Assembly (NCBI GenBank): GCA_963755915.1 | Contig: CAVWLP010000002.1 | Location: 544,001-608,000, forward strand | From: an uncultured Phycisphaerales bacterium | GTDB lineage: Bacteria > Planctomycetota > Phycisphaerae > Tepidisphaerales > Tepidisphaeraceae | Direction of reading: 5' to 3' | DNA: 64,000 bases | Shown here: positions 20,366 to 29,761 of the stretch, piece after piece | Position numbering within the stretch: the first letter of the stretch is position 1 | Layout: each line of letters begins with the position of its first letter | The notes under the pieces: model-generated | Seen by the model: the letters and a program-made list of their open reading frames with translations, nothing else | Database searches by the model: none | What the model was told of the DNA's origin: nothing | Made by a program: the position numbers and the translations under genes

Positions 20366-21202
20366 ATGACGACGAATTCGGAAGTGCCGAAGTCTCTGGA
20401 AACGCCAAGGCAGAATGCACGAAGTTTCGTACTGCACGAGGCCAACCTCGCTCAACTTCGCAAATTGCAGCCTAATCTGGCAGTATTGCCTTGGGGCGCA
20501 ACCGAGGCACACAATTATCATCTTCCTCACGGAACGGACGTGATAGAGGCAACGTGGGTGGCGGAAGTTGCGGCGGAACGCGCCAACGCCAACGGAGCCC
20601 GATGCGTATTGCTGCCCTGCGTCCCGTTCGGCAACAACAACGCACAATTGAATCAAGTGTCAACAATCACCATGAAGTCGGCGACACAACAAGCGGTGTT
20701 GTTCGATATTGCTGACAGTCTGGCGCGACAGGGCATTGATCGTCTGGCGATCGTGAACTTCCACGGAGGGAATGAATTCAAGTCAATGATTCGCGACGTA
20801 ATGCTCACTGTGCCAATCTTTATCGCTCAAATCGATGCGTATTCGGTAGCACCAAATGCTCTGCAACTGCTGAATGAACCTGGCGATCATGCGGGAGAAT
20901 TTGAAACGAGCTTGATGTTGTACCTGGTTCCACATTGGGTGGCGCCGCTTGAAACTGCCGGCAACGGCGAAACCACGCCCAGCAAACTTCCGGCGGTGAG
21001 CGGCACACCGGGAGTGTGGGCTCCGCGCTACTGGCCAGAATTGACAAAAGATACCGGCGTTGGAAATCCTAAGGCTGCCACAGCCGAAAAAGGAAGTCAC
21101 ATATTTCAAATGATCGTGGAGGCCATTGTGCCTGTCTTGGTGCAGCTATCCGCCGCAAAGAGAGGCGATTTTCCGTTCGTTATTCCTTCCGACGCCGGAT
21201 GA
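20366..21202 (+). CDS. creatininase/creatinine amidohydrolase family protein
   Basis: LPWGATEAHNYHLPHGTD, NFHGGN, DHAGEFETS, GVGNPKAATAEKG. Confidence 0.9.
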   Translation: MTTNSEVPKSLETPRQNARSFVLHEANLAQLRKLQPNLAVLPWGATEAHNYHLPHGTDVIEATWVAEVAAERANANGARCVLLPCVPFGNNNAQLNQVSTITMKSATQQAVLFDIADSLARQGIDRLAIVNFHGGNEFKSMIRDVMLTVPIFIAQIDAYSVAPNALQLLNEPGDHAGEFETSLMLYLVPHWVAPLETAGNGETTPSKLPAVSGTPGVWAPRYWPELTKDTGVGNPKAATAEKGSHIFQMIVEAIVPVLVQLSAAKRGDFPFVIPSDAG

Positions 21203-21258
21203 TCTTTGGGGCGAATCGTCGCCCGCAGATTGAAACGCATTTTGTCAATTGTGGCGCT

Positions 21259-23034
21259 TCACAATTGTTCTCCGGCACGGAGGACGTTTAACGAAAGCAC
21301 AAGCGTCACTAGCGCGCCTTCAGCCCAGATTTCGTTTGGGTGAGATTTGCCAATCTCCCTTCTGAGGAATTGGTTCACACTTTCAAGCGTAAGTTTTGGA
21401 AGATCATCCGACGACAGGAACTTATCGAACTCGTCTTTATCAAATTTGTCCTTATCGAAGTCGAACTCGCCATGGTGCTCAGCCTTCCGTGCGCCGGCAA
21501 TTACTTCGTCTGCGCTGCAATCATCAACTGAGACATAAAAGCATAGAGGAACGCTGAGGTTGGGCATATATGCGCAGGGGCCAAGGAACCGGATGGCTTT
21601 AATTTGTTTTAAGAGATCTCTTCGACCCTCGGTCGCTTCCGGAAAGACTTCTCTTCGAAGGCCGCGCCGCACCGCCGCATCAAGATCTAAACTATAATGG
21701 CCATTTTTCCAAGATAGCGCGTTCTTGTATATTCCTTCGCACGCTGATACATATAATTTTCCTCCATCTCCGAAATTCGCCGCGCTTTTCGAGCGACGTC
21801 TAATGATCAGCTTGTCGTCCTTCAGAGTGTGAACGAGAATTAGAGTCGAGATACTGAGATGAATGAACTTCTGAAAGCGAGGGAAATAATCACGGAGCTC
21901 GATGCCCCGCAGGAACTTTTTTAATTCGCCGCGTACCTCTCTTGAACAGAGCGCGATAACTCTATACGTAAAGTAATCGGTTAGATGCAGCACCAATCTT
22001 ATTGACTCGCGTCCGTCAGGTAGCCGATCCCACTCCATGCCCGCTAGTGCGAGCAGAATTCCGTTAAACTTAAAACCGTTCCCACCCGGAAGGTTGAATT
22101 GCGTTCGAAGAAACTCCTCAATTGCAAGAAGCCTGCACTTCTCGAAACAGGGATTTCCTTTCAGCCATGTAAAGACCTCAAGACGATCGGCGGAATCTGG
22201 CAAAACGTCGCCGCCTTCCGGATCCAAGAACTTGGTCAGATTCGGTTCTTCTTTTACCTCTTTTATTTTGCCTAGGCATGCATTCGGACTTCGGCCAAGT
22301 TGTTTACTGATGGCAATTATTTCATCTTCCGGCGGTATGGCCAGGCGAAATAGGCGAATTGGCGGTTCGGCGGCGTATTCGGCGCTTCCGCCCAAGATGG
22401 AATCACCGGCCCCATTTGGCTCATCGATCGTCACGTTAATCTCGCCGGGGCCTACCGGTCGGTTCAAAGCGTGAAATGAGACTTCCGATAACTGCCTTTT
22501 GACCCATTCAAAATCGCCATTGCTGTCGTCTAACGTGGAATCAATCGTTGTGATAGCTATTGGCAGTTTAATCCCAAACTTGTCTGCCAACTTCGAAACT
22601 ACCTGCTCCGGCCCGACATCGTCCTTACTGCTTACGCTCAGCTTCACGTCGCTCAGCTTTGATGTGATTTCGATCCCCTCTTTTTGCTTCCCCGTATGAA
22701 ACTTTAACCCTTCATCGAGTGCGCTAAAAATCCTCGCAATCGGTCCACGGCTGTACCGTTTGCGCAAATATATGACCTTCGTCACGATGTTGCTGTGCTC
22801 GTTTGTTCGGTAGTCTTTCGCGAGCACCTCATAGCCCACAGCGCCTCCCCCCAAATAGAGCAAGTATACCACTAGCGCGAGGGCGTGAATCCCTTCGACT
22901 TCGCAGTCAACCACGGAGACGGGTGTCCTCCCGGTACTTGTGCAGTCGATTGTTATTTCGGTGCATCGATAAGACAACACCCCTTCATTTTCGATTTCCT
23001 CAAACCGGAAAGTGGCCGACCAGGATTTGTCCAT
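21259..23034 (-). CDS. putative winged-helix plus NUDT22-like Nudix-fold protein (candidate sensor/regulator)
   Basis: C-terminal half FNG...LTDYFTY...TLKDDKLIIRRRS...VSACEG...AVRRGLRREV is a degenerate Nudix box. N-terminal ALVVYLLYLGGGAVGYEVLAKDY...IVTKVIYLRK is wHTH-like. ATG 23034 lies 6 nt after TATAAT. Confidence 0.55.
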   Translation of the reverse strand: MDKSWSATFRFEEIENEGVLSYRCTEITIDCTSTGRTPVSVVDCEVEGIHALALVVYLLYLGGGAVGYEVLAKDYRTNEHSNIVTKVIYLRKRYSRGPIARIFSALDEGLKFHTGKQKEGIEITSKLSDVKLSVSSKDDVGPEQVVSKLADKFGIKLPIAITTIDSTLDDSNGDFEWVKRQLSEVSFHALNRPVGPGEINVTIDEPNGAGDSILGGSAEYAAEPPIRLFRLAIPPEDEIIAISKQLGRSPNACLGKIKEVKEEPNLTKFLDPEGGDVLPDSADRLEVFTWLKGNPCFEKCRLLAIEEFLRTQFNLPGGNGFKFNGILLALAGMEWDRLPDGRESIRLVLHLTDYFTYRVIALCSREVRGELKKFLRGIELRDYFPRFQKFIHLSISTLILVHTLKDDKLIIRRRSKSAANFGDGGKLYVSACEGIYKNALSWKNGHYSLDLDAAVRRGLRREVFPEATEGRRDLLKQIKAIRFLGPCAYMPNLSVPLCFYVSVDDCSADEVIAGARKAEHHGEFDFDKDKFDKDEFDKFLSSDDLPKLTLESVNQFLRREIGKSHPNEIWAEGALVTLVLSLNVLRAGEQL

Positions 23035-23040
23035 GCGGTC

Positions 23041-23183
23041 ATTATATCCGCTGCACGAAGCCGTTATAGGGGCCGCGTCGCGCACCAAGAATCTGATTTA
23101 GGCGCACCCCGTCCTTTCAAAGCGCGCACCAAATCGCCAGGCAAGCGCAAATTTTCCGCTCGTTGGCTCTAGCGGCGGTGCGC
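23041..23183. promoter_or_regulatory. divergent promoter region: minus-strand TATAAT (23041-23046) and GCGCACC heptamer array
   Basis: GCGCACC starts at 23080, 23102 and 23124; GCGCAAA at 23145; inverted copy GGTGCGC at 23177-23183. Confidence 0.65.
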
Positions 23184-23238
23184 TTCGCAGGATTCAATGG
23201 CGCGAAGTTTGCACTGGTTCGCACATACTAAGGACGCC

Positions 23239-24162
23239 ATGGACACGATCACTAAACAATGTTCTGATGGAAATGACACCGACCGAATTTCGACGCTCGA
23301 CTTACATCTTACGGGTGGATGTCAGTACGTGTGCAAGTATTGCTGGGGGGAAGAGGATACTTCGCCACCAATGACCCGCGCCGTCTTTGATGCTTGCCTC
23401 GATTTTGCTGAACGCGTTCGAGCGGTCACAATCGAGTATTGCGGTGGAGAACCAACTCTGTCGCCACACTTTCGGGAATTCGTTATCTCTGCGCGTCGTC
23501 GCGGATTCCGGCTCATCCTGCGTACCAACGGACTCAAACTGCCCGCGTATCTAGATCTTGTCGCTGAACATTTCGATTGGGTCGGTGTTTCCCTAGACGG
23601 CATGCCGGAGATTAATTCCCAAATGCGGCCAAGCCGCCGCCCCATGTCCGCAGAAGAGAAATTTCAGATTCCGATAGAAAGCATTTGGCGACTACATCAC
23701 GTCAACCCTCGCGTCAAAATCATGCTCGCCAGCATTGCGACCTCGCAGAACTTTTTTGATCTTCCGAATCTGCAGGCGTATGTTCAGGATACGGGTCTGC
23801 CGATCACCAAGTGGAAGGTATATGAGTTCATGCGCGATTATTTCCGATCCGCTCAAAATCATCAAGATTTTGCCATGTTGCCGGCCGATTTTGCTGCTCT
23901 CCGTCGTACGCTGCAAGTACAACACAACGGCGACTACCAGCTAATCATGCAGGGCACCGACACCATTGGAGCTGGAAGCAACTGTCTGCTTGTATATCAC
24001 GATGGAGCAGTAAGGAATGGCGGCTTGCATTTCGGCTATATCGGCCGTGATCCCTCCGCAGACATCGCCGCTCGTTTATTTGCTGGCCATGGCGTTGATT
24101 TTATCCAAGGAAACAAAAGCACAACTTACGAATTGACATACAACGGGAAGCAGATCGTATGA
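23239..24162 (+). CDS. radical SAM enzyme, viperin/RSAD2-like motif pattern
   Basis: LHLTGGCQYVCKYCW (CxxxCxxC), GGEPTL, RTNG, DWVGVSLDG, KWKVYEF; no Cys-rich SPASM domain; AAGGA RBS before ATG 23239. Confidence 0.85.
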   Translation: MDTITKQCSDGNDTDRISTLDLHLTGGCQYVCKYCWGEEDTSPPMTRAVFDACLDFAERVRAVTIEYCGGEPTLSPHFREFVISARRRGFRLILRTNGLKLPAYLDLVAEHFDWVGVSLDGMPEINSQMRPSRRPMSAEEKFQIPIESIWRLHHVNPRVKIMLASIATSQNFFDLPNLQAYVQDTGLPITKWKVYEFMRDYFRSAQNHQDFAMLPADFAALRRTLQVQHNGDYQLIMQGTDTIGAGSNCLLVYHDGAVRNGGLHFGYIGRDPSADIAARLFAGHGVDFIQGNKSTTYELTYNGKQIV

Positions 24163-24893
24163 CAAACCAAAGACTTGTCATCGGCGTTTTAACGTTTGAA
24201 AGGCCGGATCTTCTAGCGAAGACATTAGCAGATTTTTATCGATGGCTAGCACCGCAGCTCGGCAAATTGACAATGATGATATATGATAACGGAAGCCGGC
24301 CCGAAATAGAGACTGCCAACCGCAATATCGCCAGAAAACATGGCGCTTGGTTCATCACCAGTGGTATTTCCGTTCCAGAGACGGCCGACGCAGCGGAACG
24401 TGACCAACGTATTTCCGCTGGGCATTGTTTCTTGACGCAACAGATGATGACCATTCCCGGTGATGCATATATGCTGTTGGAGGACGACTGGGGATGTAGC
24501 GGGTCGGCCCCCATTCAGCCGTTACTTGGTTTTCTAGGGCAAAATCTTCAATTCGGTCAAATTCGGTTGCGCAAGTACCGATACGACGGCACGCTGACAG
24601 GAGGTTCTCGGCACAACTTTGTGACCGGTGCGCCAATCATGTGGGAAAGAGATCACCCCGTTCAAGGCGCGCTCCTCCGGGCTGGGAATTTGCACTGGAC
24701 GAATAACCCGTCGCTTTTCTTACGCCATGCTTTGGACATTGTTGCGAAAGGCTATCGCACCGAACTGGACTGCATGCGGGCATTCGCAGCCAAGTTTCCA
24801 CAGAACCTGCAGCTTGTGCCGGGCATATTTCATCATACAGGCCCATGGCGCAGCAGGCCCGATCTCGTTGAGATTGGAGTGCTGAAAATCTGA
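24159..24893 (+). CDS. GT-A fold (GT2-like) glycosyltransferase
   Basis: VLTFERPDLL, IYDNGS, LLEDDW; ATGA overlap with the radical SAM stop. Confidence 0.7.
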   Translation: MTNQRLVIGVLTFERPDLLAKTLADFYRWLAPQLGKLTMMIYDNGSRPEIETANRNIARKHGAWFITSGISVPETADAAERDQRISAGHCFLTQQMMTIPGDAYMLLEDDWGCSGSAPIQPLLGFLGQNLQFGQIRLRKYRYDGTLTGGSRHNFVTGAPIMWERDHPVQGALLRAGNLHWTNNPSLFLRHALDIVAKGYRTELDCMRAFAAKFPQNLQLVPGIFHHTGPWRSRPDLVEIGVLKI

Positions 24894-24903
24894 GAGTTTT
24901 GAG

Positions 24904-25554
24904 ATGAACTGGTTTTTTCACCGACTTGACGATGTGGGACTTGCTGCACGGGGGCCATTGTCGCTGTATAACGAGTTGGCGGCGAATCAGCTGCCATGCA
25001 TTCTTGCCGTGATTCCCGCCGAGCTAAGTCCAACCCTGGCGGCGCTCATTCGACACTGGCCGAATGCGATTGTTTATCAACATGGAAACGATCATGTAAA
25101 TCGCGCCAGTTCCGGATGGTGGGATGAATTTCCCGCGAGCGCGCAGCCACAATTGGTGGCCAAGGCCCTAGCAGGCGGCCGAGAACGTTTGGAACATCTC
25201 CTAGATCGCCGTATATGCGGATACGTTCCACCCTTCAATCACACTGCGAATTCCACACTATTGATTCTGAAAGACCTGGGATTTACGGTCCTATCTGGCC
25301 AGCGTAATCATAAAATGGCCAGCCCACTACGGCAATGGCCAATCGATATTGACATCATGGCTACTTATGGATCGCCACCGAAACTGAAAACTCCTACACA
25401 AATCGAGTCGGAGCTCGCTTGTTGTCCGGGCATGTGCGGAATTATGTATCATCTAAACGTGCTTGATCCAGTCCAACAAGCGCAAGTCCGTAACCTTTTG
25501 TTGGGACTCTCGACCGTTACTGCTCTGCCTTGGCAAAAAGGATGTACTCCATGA
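24904..25554 (+). CDS. NodB/polysaccharide deacetylase-like protein (DUF2334-like)
   Basis: RLDD, LAVIP, QHGNDH, YVPPFN, IMYH. Confidence 0.8.
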   Translation: MNWFFHRLDDVGLAARGPLSLYNELAANQLPCILAVIPAELSPTLAALIRHWPNAIVYQHGNDHVNRASSGWWDEFPASAQPQLVAKALAGGRERLEHLLDRRICGYVPPFNHTANSTLLILKDLGFTVLSGQRNHKMASPLRQWPIDIDIMATYGSPPKLKTPTQIESELACCPGMCGIMYHLNVLDPVQQAQVRNLLLGLSTVTALPWQKGCTP

Positions 25555-26291
25555 TCTATCCTTGGCAAGATTCCGTTCACCTCCAATTCCTCGGACTCCC
25601 AACACGGCGCATAAGCCTGGAAGTACTCGACCAGGAACACTACGACGATCAGGATTCCCCGGAGAAACGCTGCTTCAATGGGAGATGGGATAACTGGCAA
25701 GGAGTCACTGTAAAGTATCAAGCAAAGTCCGAGAGATGTGCAATTATTGGCTCGCGGGGCAAGACAGTCTGGTACGTTCCTGCACTAACTCCTCGATCGG
25801 CGGACAGTTTGGGGATTCCGATCGGGCATGCTCTAAAGATCCTAAAGTATCCGTTATCTGCTCGACCAAAACATGAAGTACAACGATTAAAGTACGAATT
25901 GCTGATCCAGCAAACATTAAACAAGTGTGGGCTAGCGCCACGGGTGTACAACGTCCTCGTGATTCGTAACGATGTGGACAACCGTGTGATGTGGTTTGAT
26001 CACTCGTACGAACATCCTGCAGGTTCGTTATATTTAGCAACCGAAGTTGAGCATGTGTCGGCCGATCGTTTCCCGACCAACCAGATCCACCTCGGTGATA
26101 AATGGGACTTCTCTGGAACCCTCGTGGATGGTCTGGTTGCCCGCTGCTGCGCAGTAGGGATTGCGCCTTACGATTTGGTCCTGGGCAACCTCACATACTC
26201 CAAAGGGGACGTCAAAGTTCTCGATTTTCATAGGTGGCAATTCATGCGACCTCCCTGGATCGGCGGGCGGCTGTTGCGCGAGGTGAAATAG
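25551..26291 (+). CDS. protein-kinase-like fold phosphotransferase (small-molecule or sugar kinase-like)
   Basis: ALKILK, E in helix C, GLAPRVY, YDLVLGNL (D...N catalytic loop), VKVLDF; ATGA overlap with the upstream stop. Confidence 0.6.
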   Translation: MIYPWQDSVHLQFLGLPTRRISLEVLDQEHYDDQDSPEKRCFNGRWDNWQGVTVKYQAKSERCAIIGSRGKTVWYVPALTPRSADSLGIPIGHALKILKYPLSARPKHEVQRLKYELLIQQTLNKCGLAPRVYNVLVIRNDVDNRVMWFDHSYEHPAGSLYLATEVEHVSADRFPTNQIHLGDKWDFSGTLVDGLVARCCAVGIAPYDLVLGNLTYSKGDVKVLDFHRWQFMRPPWIGGRLLREVK

Positions 26292-26292
26292 C

Positions 26293-27674
26293 ATGTTGCT
26301 GCGCATTATCTTTATTATCGCTATCGTATTGTGGCTCCTTGCAAGTATGAAACGATGGGCTCAGTTACGAGCCAGCTTTGCGTGGATATGCCGAGGAGCC
26401 GACTGGGAGGCGAAATCTCCAGTCTGCGAATACCCGAACATTTTGATTCTAATACCGATGTTAAATGAACAGAGTATCGCTGAAGATACAGTCAAACATT
26501 TTGCAAGGCTAAGATATCCCTCGAATCGACTGCGCATTGCATTTGTTACCACGCCGCGCGAACGGAACCATAGAATCCACGGCGAACTAGACACACATGC
26601 CGTCGTCAAACGCGCAATTACCAACCTGGGCGAAATTCGACACGCTATAGACGTTATTGATTGCTCAGGTGCCGATTGCTGCAAAGGCGACCAATTGAAT
26701 GAGGCAATTGCAAAGTTTCGTAATGAGATCGGTCATGGATGGCCCCGAGAATCCACATTCATAGGAATCTACGATGCCGATTCGCGGCCCGACCTTGGCA
26801 CACTTGAATTCCTTGCTTGGCGATTTAGCGAAGCACGGCGCCAAAAGCACCGAGACCCGGTAGCATTTCAGCAGATGGTATCGTTCTTTGCGAATTATGG
26901 AAGTATTCCAGGGGGGATTCGTGGTTGGCTGTTACGTGCGCGCCCTTGGCAGAATTTGGACTTTGCTCTGACCCGCGAAATACCTGGATTTTGGCACCAG
27001 CACTCTTCGAACGAGGGGGAATGGTTCTGGCGATCTTGGCTCCACCACTTACTAGGTCACGGCGAGTTCATACGTTGGGACACGCTTGACGAAATAGGTG
27101 GGTTTCAGCCGCCAAGTTGTGATACTTCGCTGGGTTACACCCTGGCCTACCTCGGGATTAGCGTAAATACTATTCCGTTGTTCGATTGCGGTCAAACACC
27201 TACTAAGTTTTGTGCACTGCTTCAGCAAAATACCACTTGGTACCGTGGTGTGTGTCTATTCTGGCGGGACTGGCGTTTTGCGCGTTCTGTAGGCAGTGTT
27301 TCACTAACGAGAGCTGTCGTGATGATTCTCAAGAGAATATACAACAGTTTATCTTGGTCCGTGTTCCCAGCAATAATGACGATTATTCCTATAATCGCAT
27401 TCCTCACCGAGCAATACGCTGTTTTGTTTTTTTGGTGCGTTGGCCTCTGCTTTTACATCGCACCGGCTGCCCGCGAGATGGTCTTTGCGCCAGAAATGGC
27501 CTTGGTGAGGCAGATAAGTGTGTGAGGAGAGAATCAATATGGAGCTGTGCGGGCACGTTATGCGCCTACCCGTTGTTGACGGTTTTGCTTATGTCTGGTC
27601 CGTCTCTGCATTACTACCGACTGGCGGCAAGATATCTTGGGATCGACATATCGTATGAGAAAACTGAGCGATAA
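26293..27674 (+). CDS. membrane-bound GT2 glycosyltransferase; frameshift near 27480-27520
   Basis: N-terminal TM, LIPMLNE, KGDQLN, YDADSRP, GHGEFIR, QQNTTW (QxxRW-like), TM segments; the shifted frame ends YEKTER. Confidence 0.8.
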
Positions 27675-28098
27675 GCATGAATGGGCCCGCTGTTCGGACT
27701 ATTCCGCCTCAGGATGGATGGGGCCGAAGTATTCAGTAACCTCCGTCCGCGTCGAAAATCCAAGCGGCTTCCGAAAGGGCATTTTTGCTCGTGAGTTGTC
27801 TGAACGAATTCGGGTGTGATACTTCATTGGGGTATCAGCCCAGAGGTTCAGTGTTTTCCTGTACACAAAACTGTACACACTTTTTTGGAAAACATGGCAA
27901 ACAAGGCTATCATGGGGCATACGGCTCAGGGTCGTAAACCCTGGGGATGTCAGCAATTTCCGATATCGTCAGCACTTGCGGTTTTTGTCAGGCATCACTT
28001 AAATCACGCCACGTAACATCACTTCAAATGCCGCCATTTTGGAGAGGCGCAGATTCGGTCCGTAAGCTTCCCGGCTGCTCGCCGGTGGGAGCTTGCGG

Positions 28099-29751
28099 AT
28101 GTCGAATCGGCTCACAATGGCGGAACATCAGACAATCTTGGGACTTGCGCGACTGAACTGGTCGTATCGCCGGATCGCCGCGGAACTGGGCATCGACCGG
28201 GAGACGGTCTCTCGTCACATTAAATCCGCGGTGATCGAACCACCCGGTGCAGGTCCGCCGGATCCAGATGCCGCCATTCTGATTGCCGGGTCCGAGGTCA
28301 GATCGGAGGCAAATGCCACCATTCCGATGACCGGGTCAATGCACGGCGAGGCGGAATCTGTCGGTTCAAATGCCGCCATTTCGATTACCGGGTTTTCCGG
28401 CCGTCACAGCCAGTGCGAGCCATGGCGCGCCGTCATCCTTCAGGGTCTTGAGCAAGGCCTGACGGCCAAGCGTATCTGGCAGGACTTGGCTGCCGATCAT
28501 GGCTTCGACGGTCCTTACCAACCGGTCCAGCGATTTGTCCAGCGGCTCAACCGTGCCGGAACCAACGGATTGCCCTATCGGCGAATGGAATGCGCCCCCG
28601 GCGCCGAGGCCCAGGTGGACTTCGGCAAGGGCGCGCCCCTCGTCACACCCGACGGCAAACGAACCCGTCCCCACCTGTTCCGCATCGTGCTGAGCTGCTC
28701 GCGCAAAGCCTACAGCGAAGTGACGCCCCGGCAGACCACCGAGCAGTTCATCCGCTGCATCGAAAACGCCTTCATTCACTTCGGCGGTGTTCCCAGAACT
28801 CTGGTGATCGACAATCTCAAAGCGGCCGTCACCCATGCCGACTGGTACGATCCCGATCTGAATCCCAAGATTCAGGAGTTCGCGCGTCACTACGGCACCG
28901 TCATTTTGCCGACGCGCCCAAGGACGCCACGGCACAAGGGAAAGATCGAACGCGGCGTCGGATACGCCCAGGGGAATGCTCTCAAGGCCCGAACCTTCAA
29001 GAGCCTTTCCGAGCAGAACCAATTCCTGGCCGAATGGGAATCGACCATCGCCGACACGCGCATTCATGGCACCACGCGCAAGCAGGTGGCGAGGATGTTC
29101 GCGGAAGTGGAGAAGCCGGCGCTATTGCCTCTTCCGCCGGGACGGTTCCCCTGTTTTCAGGAAGCCCAGCGGATCGTCAACCGTGATGGCCACGTGGAGG
29201 TGGCCAAGGCGTATTACTCGGCGCCGCCGGAGTTCCTCGGCCGGACCATCTGGGCGCGCTGGGACGGGCACGTCGTCCGGCTCTTTGATTCTCAGCTTCG
29301 GCAGGTTGCCATCCACGTTCAGCACGAGCCGGGACGCTTCGCCACCGATGATCGTCACATCGTTCCCGAGAAGCGCGGCGGGATCGAACGCGGCGCGGCC
29401 TGGTGGATGAACAAGGCCAGCGCCATCGGTCCCCACGCCGGCCAATGGGCTGAAAATGTCCTGAATTGCCGGGGGATTCACGCCTTGCGCGTGGTGATGG
29501 GGCTGGTCAGTCTCACGCATCGCCATCCCGCCAAAATGATCGAACAGGCCTGTCAGGTGGCTCAAGGGCACGGCACCCATCGGCTGCGCGACATCCGCAA
29601 TCTGCTGAAACGATCGGAATCCGCCGCGCAACAGCAACAGTTCGAGTTCGTCGCCGAGCATCCCCTGATCCGGTCGCTTTCGGATTACTCCCAACTGGTC
29701 CATGACGCTTTCGATAACACCCCCGTGGAGGCAAAGCCTCCACTTTTTTGA
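28099..29751 (+). CDS. istA: IS21 DDE transposase
   Basis: N-terminal HTH, PGAEAQVDFG, FGGVPRTLVIDNLK, KGKIERGV. Confidence 0.95.
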   Translation: MSNRLTMAEHQTILGLARLNWSYRRIAAELGIDRETVSRHIKSAVIEPPGAGPPDPDAAILIAGSEVRSEANATIPMTGSMHGEAESVGSNAAISITGFSGRHSQCEPWRAVILQGLEQGLTAKRIWQDLAADHGFDGPYQPVQRFVQRLNRAGTNGLPYRRMECAPGAEAQVDFGKGAPLVTPDGKRTRPHLFRIVLSCSRKAYSEVTPRQTTEQFIRCIENAFIHFGGVPRTLVIDNLKAAVTHADWYDPDLNPKIQEFARHYGTVILPTRPRTPRHKGKIERGVGYAQGNALKARTFKSLSEQNQFLAEWESTIADTRIHGTTRKQVARMFAEVEKPALLPLPPGRFPCFQEAQRIVNRDGHVEVAKAYYSAPPEFLGRTIWARWDGHVVRLFDSQLRQVAIHVQHEPGRFATDDRHIVPEKRGGIERGAAWWMNKASAIGPHAGQWAENVLNCRGIHALRVVMGLVSLTHRHPAKMIEQACQVAQGHGTHRLRDIRNLLKRSESAAQQQQFEFVAEHPLIRSLSDYSQLVHDAFDNTPVEAKPPLF

Positions 29752-29761
29752 AAGGAGATTT

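Noticed and set aside
20366-27674. Mycofactocin-like RiPP cluster (creatininase + radical SAM + GT2)
   Set aside because: The radical SAM has no SPASM cysteines and there is no MftA precursor or MftB. The GMCGIMY string lies inside the deacetylase.
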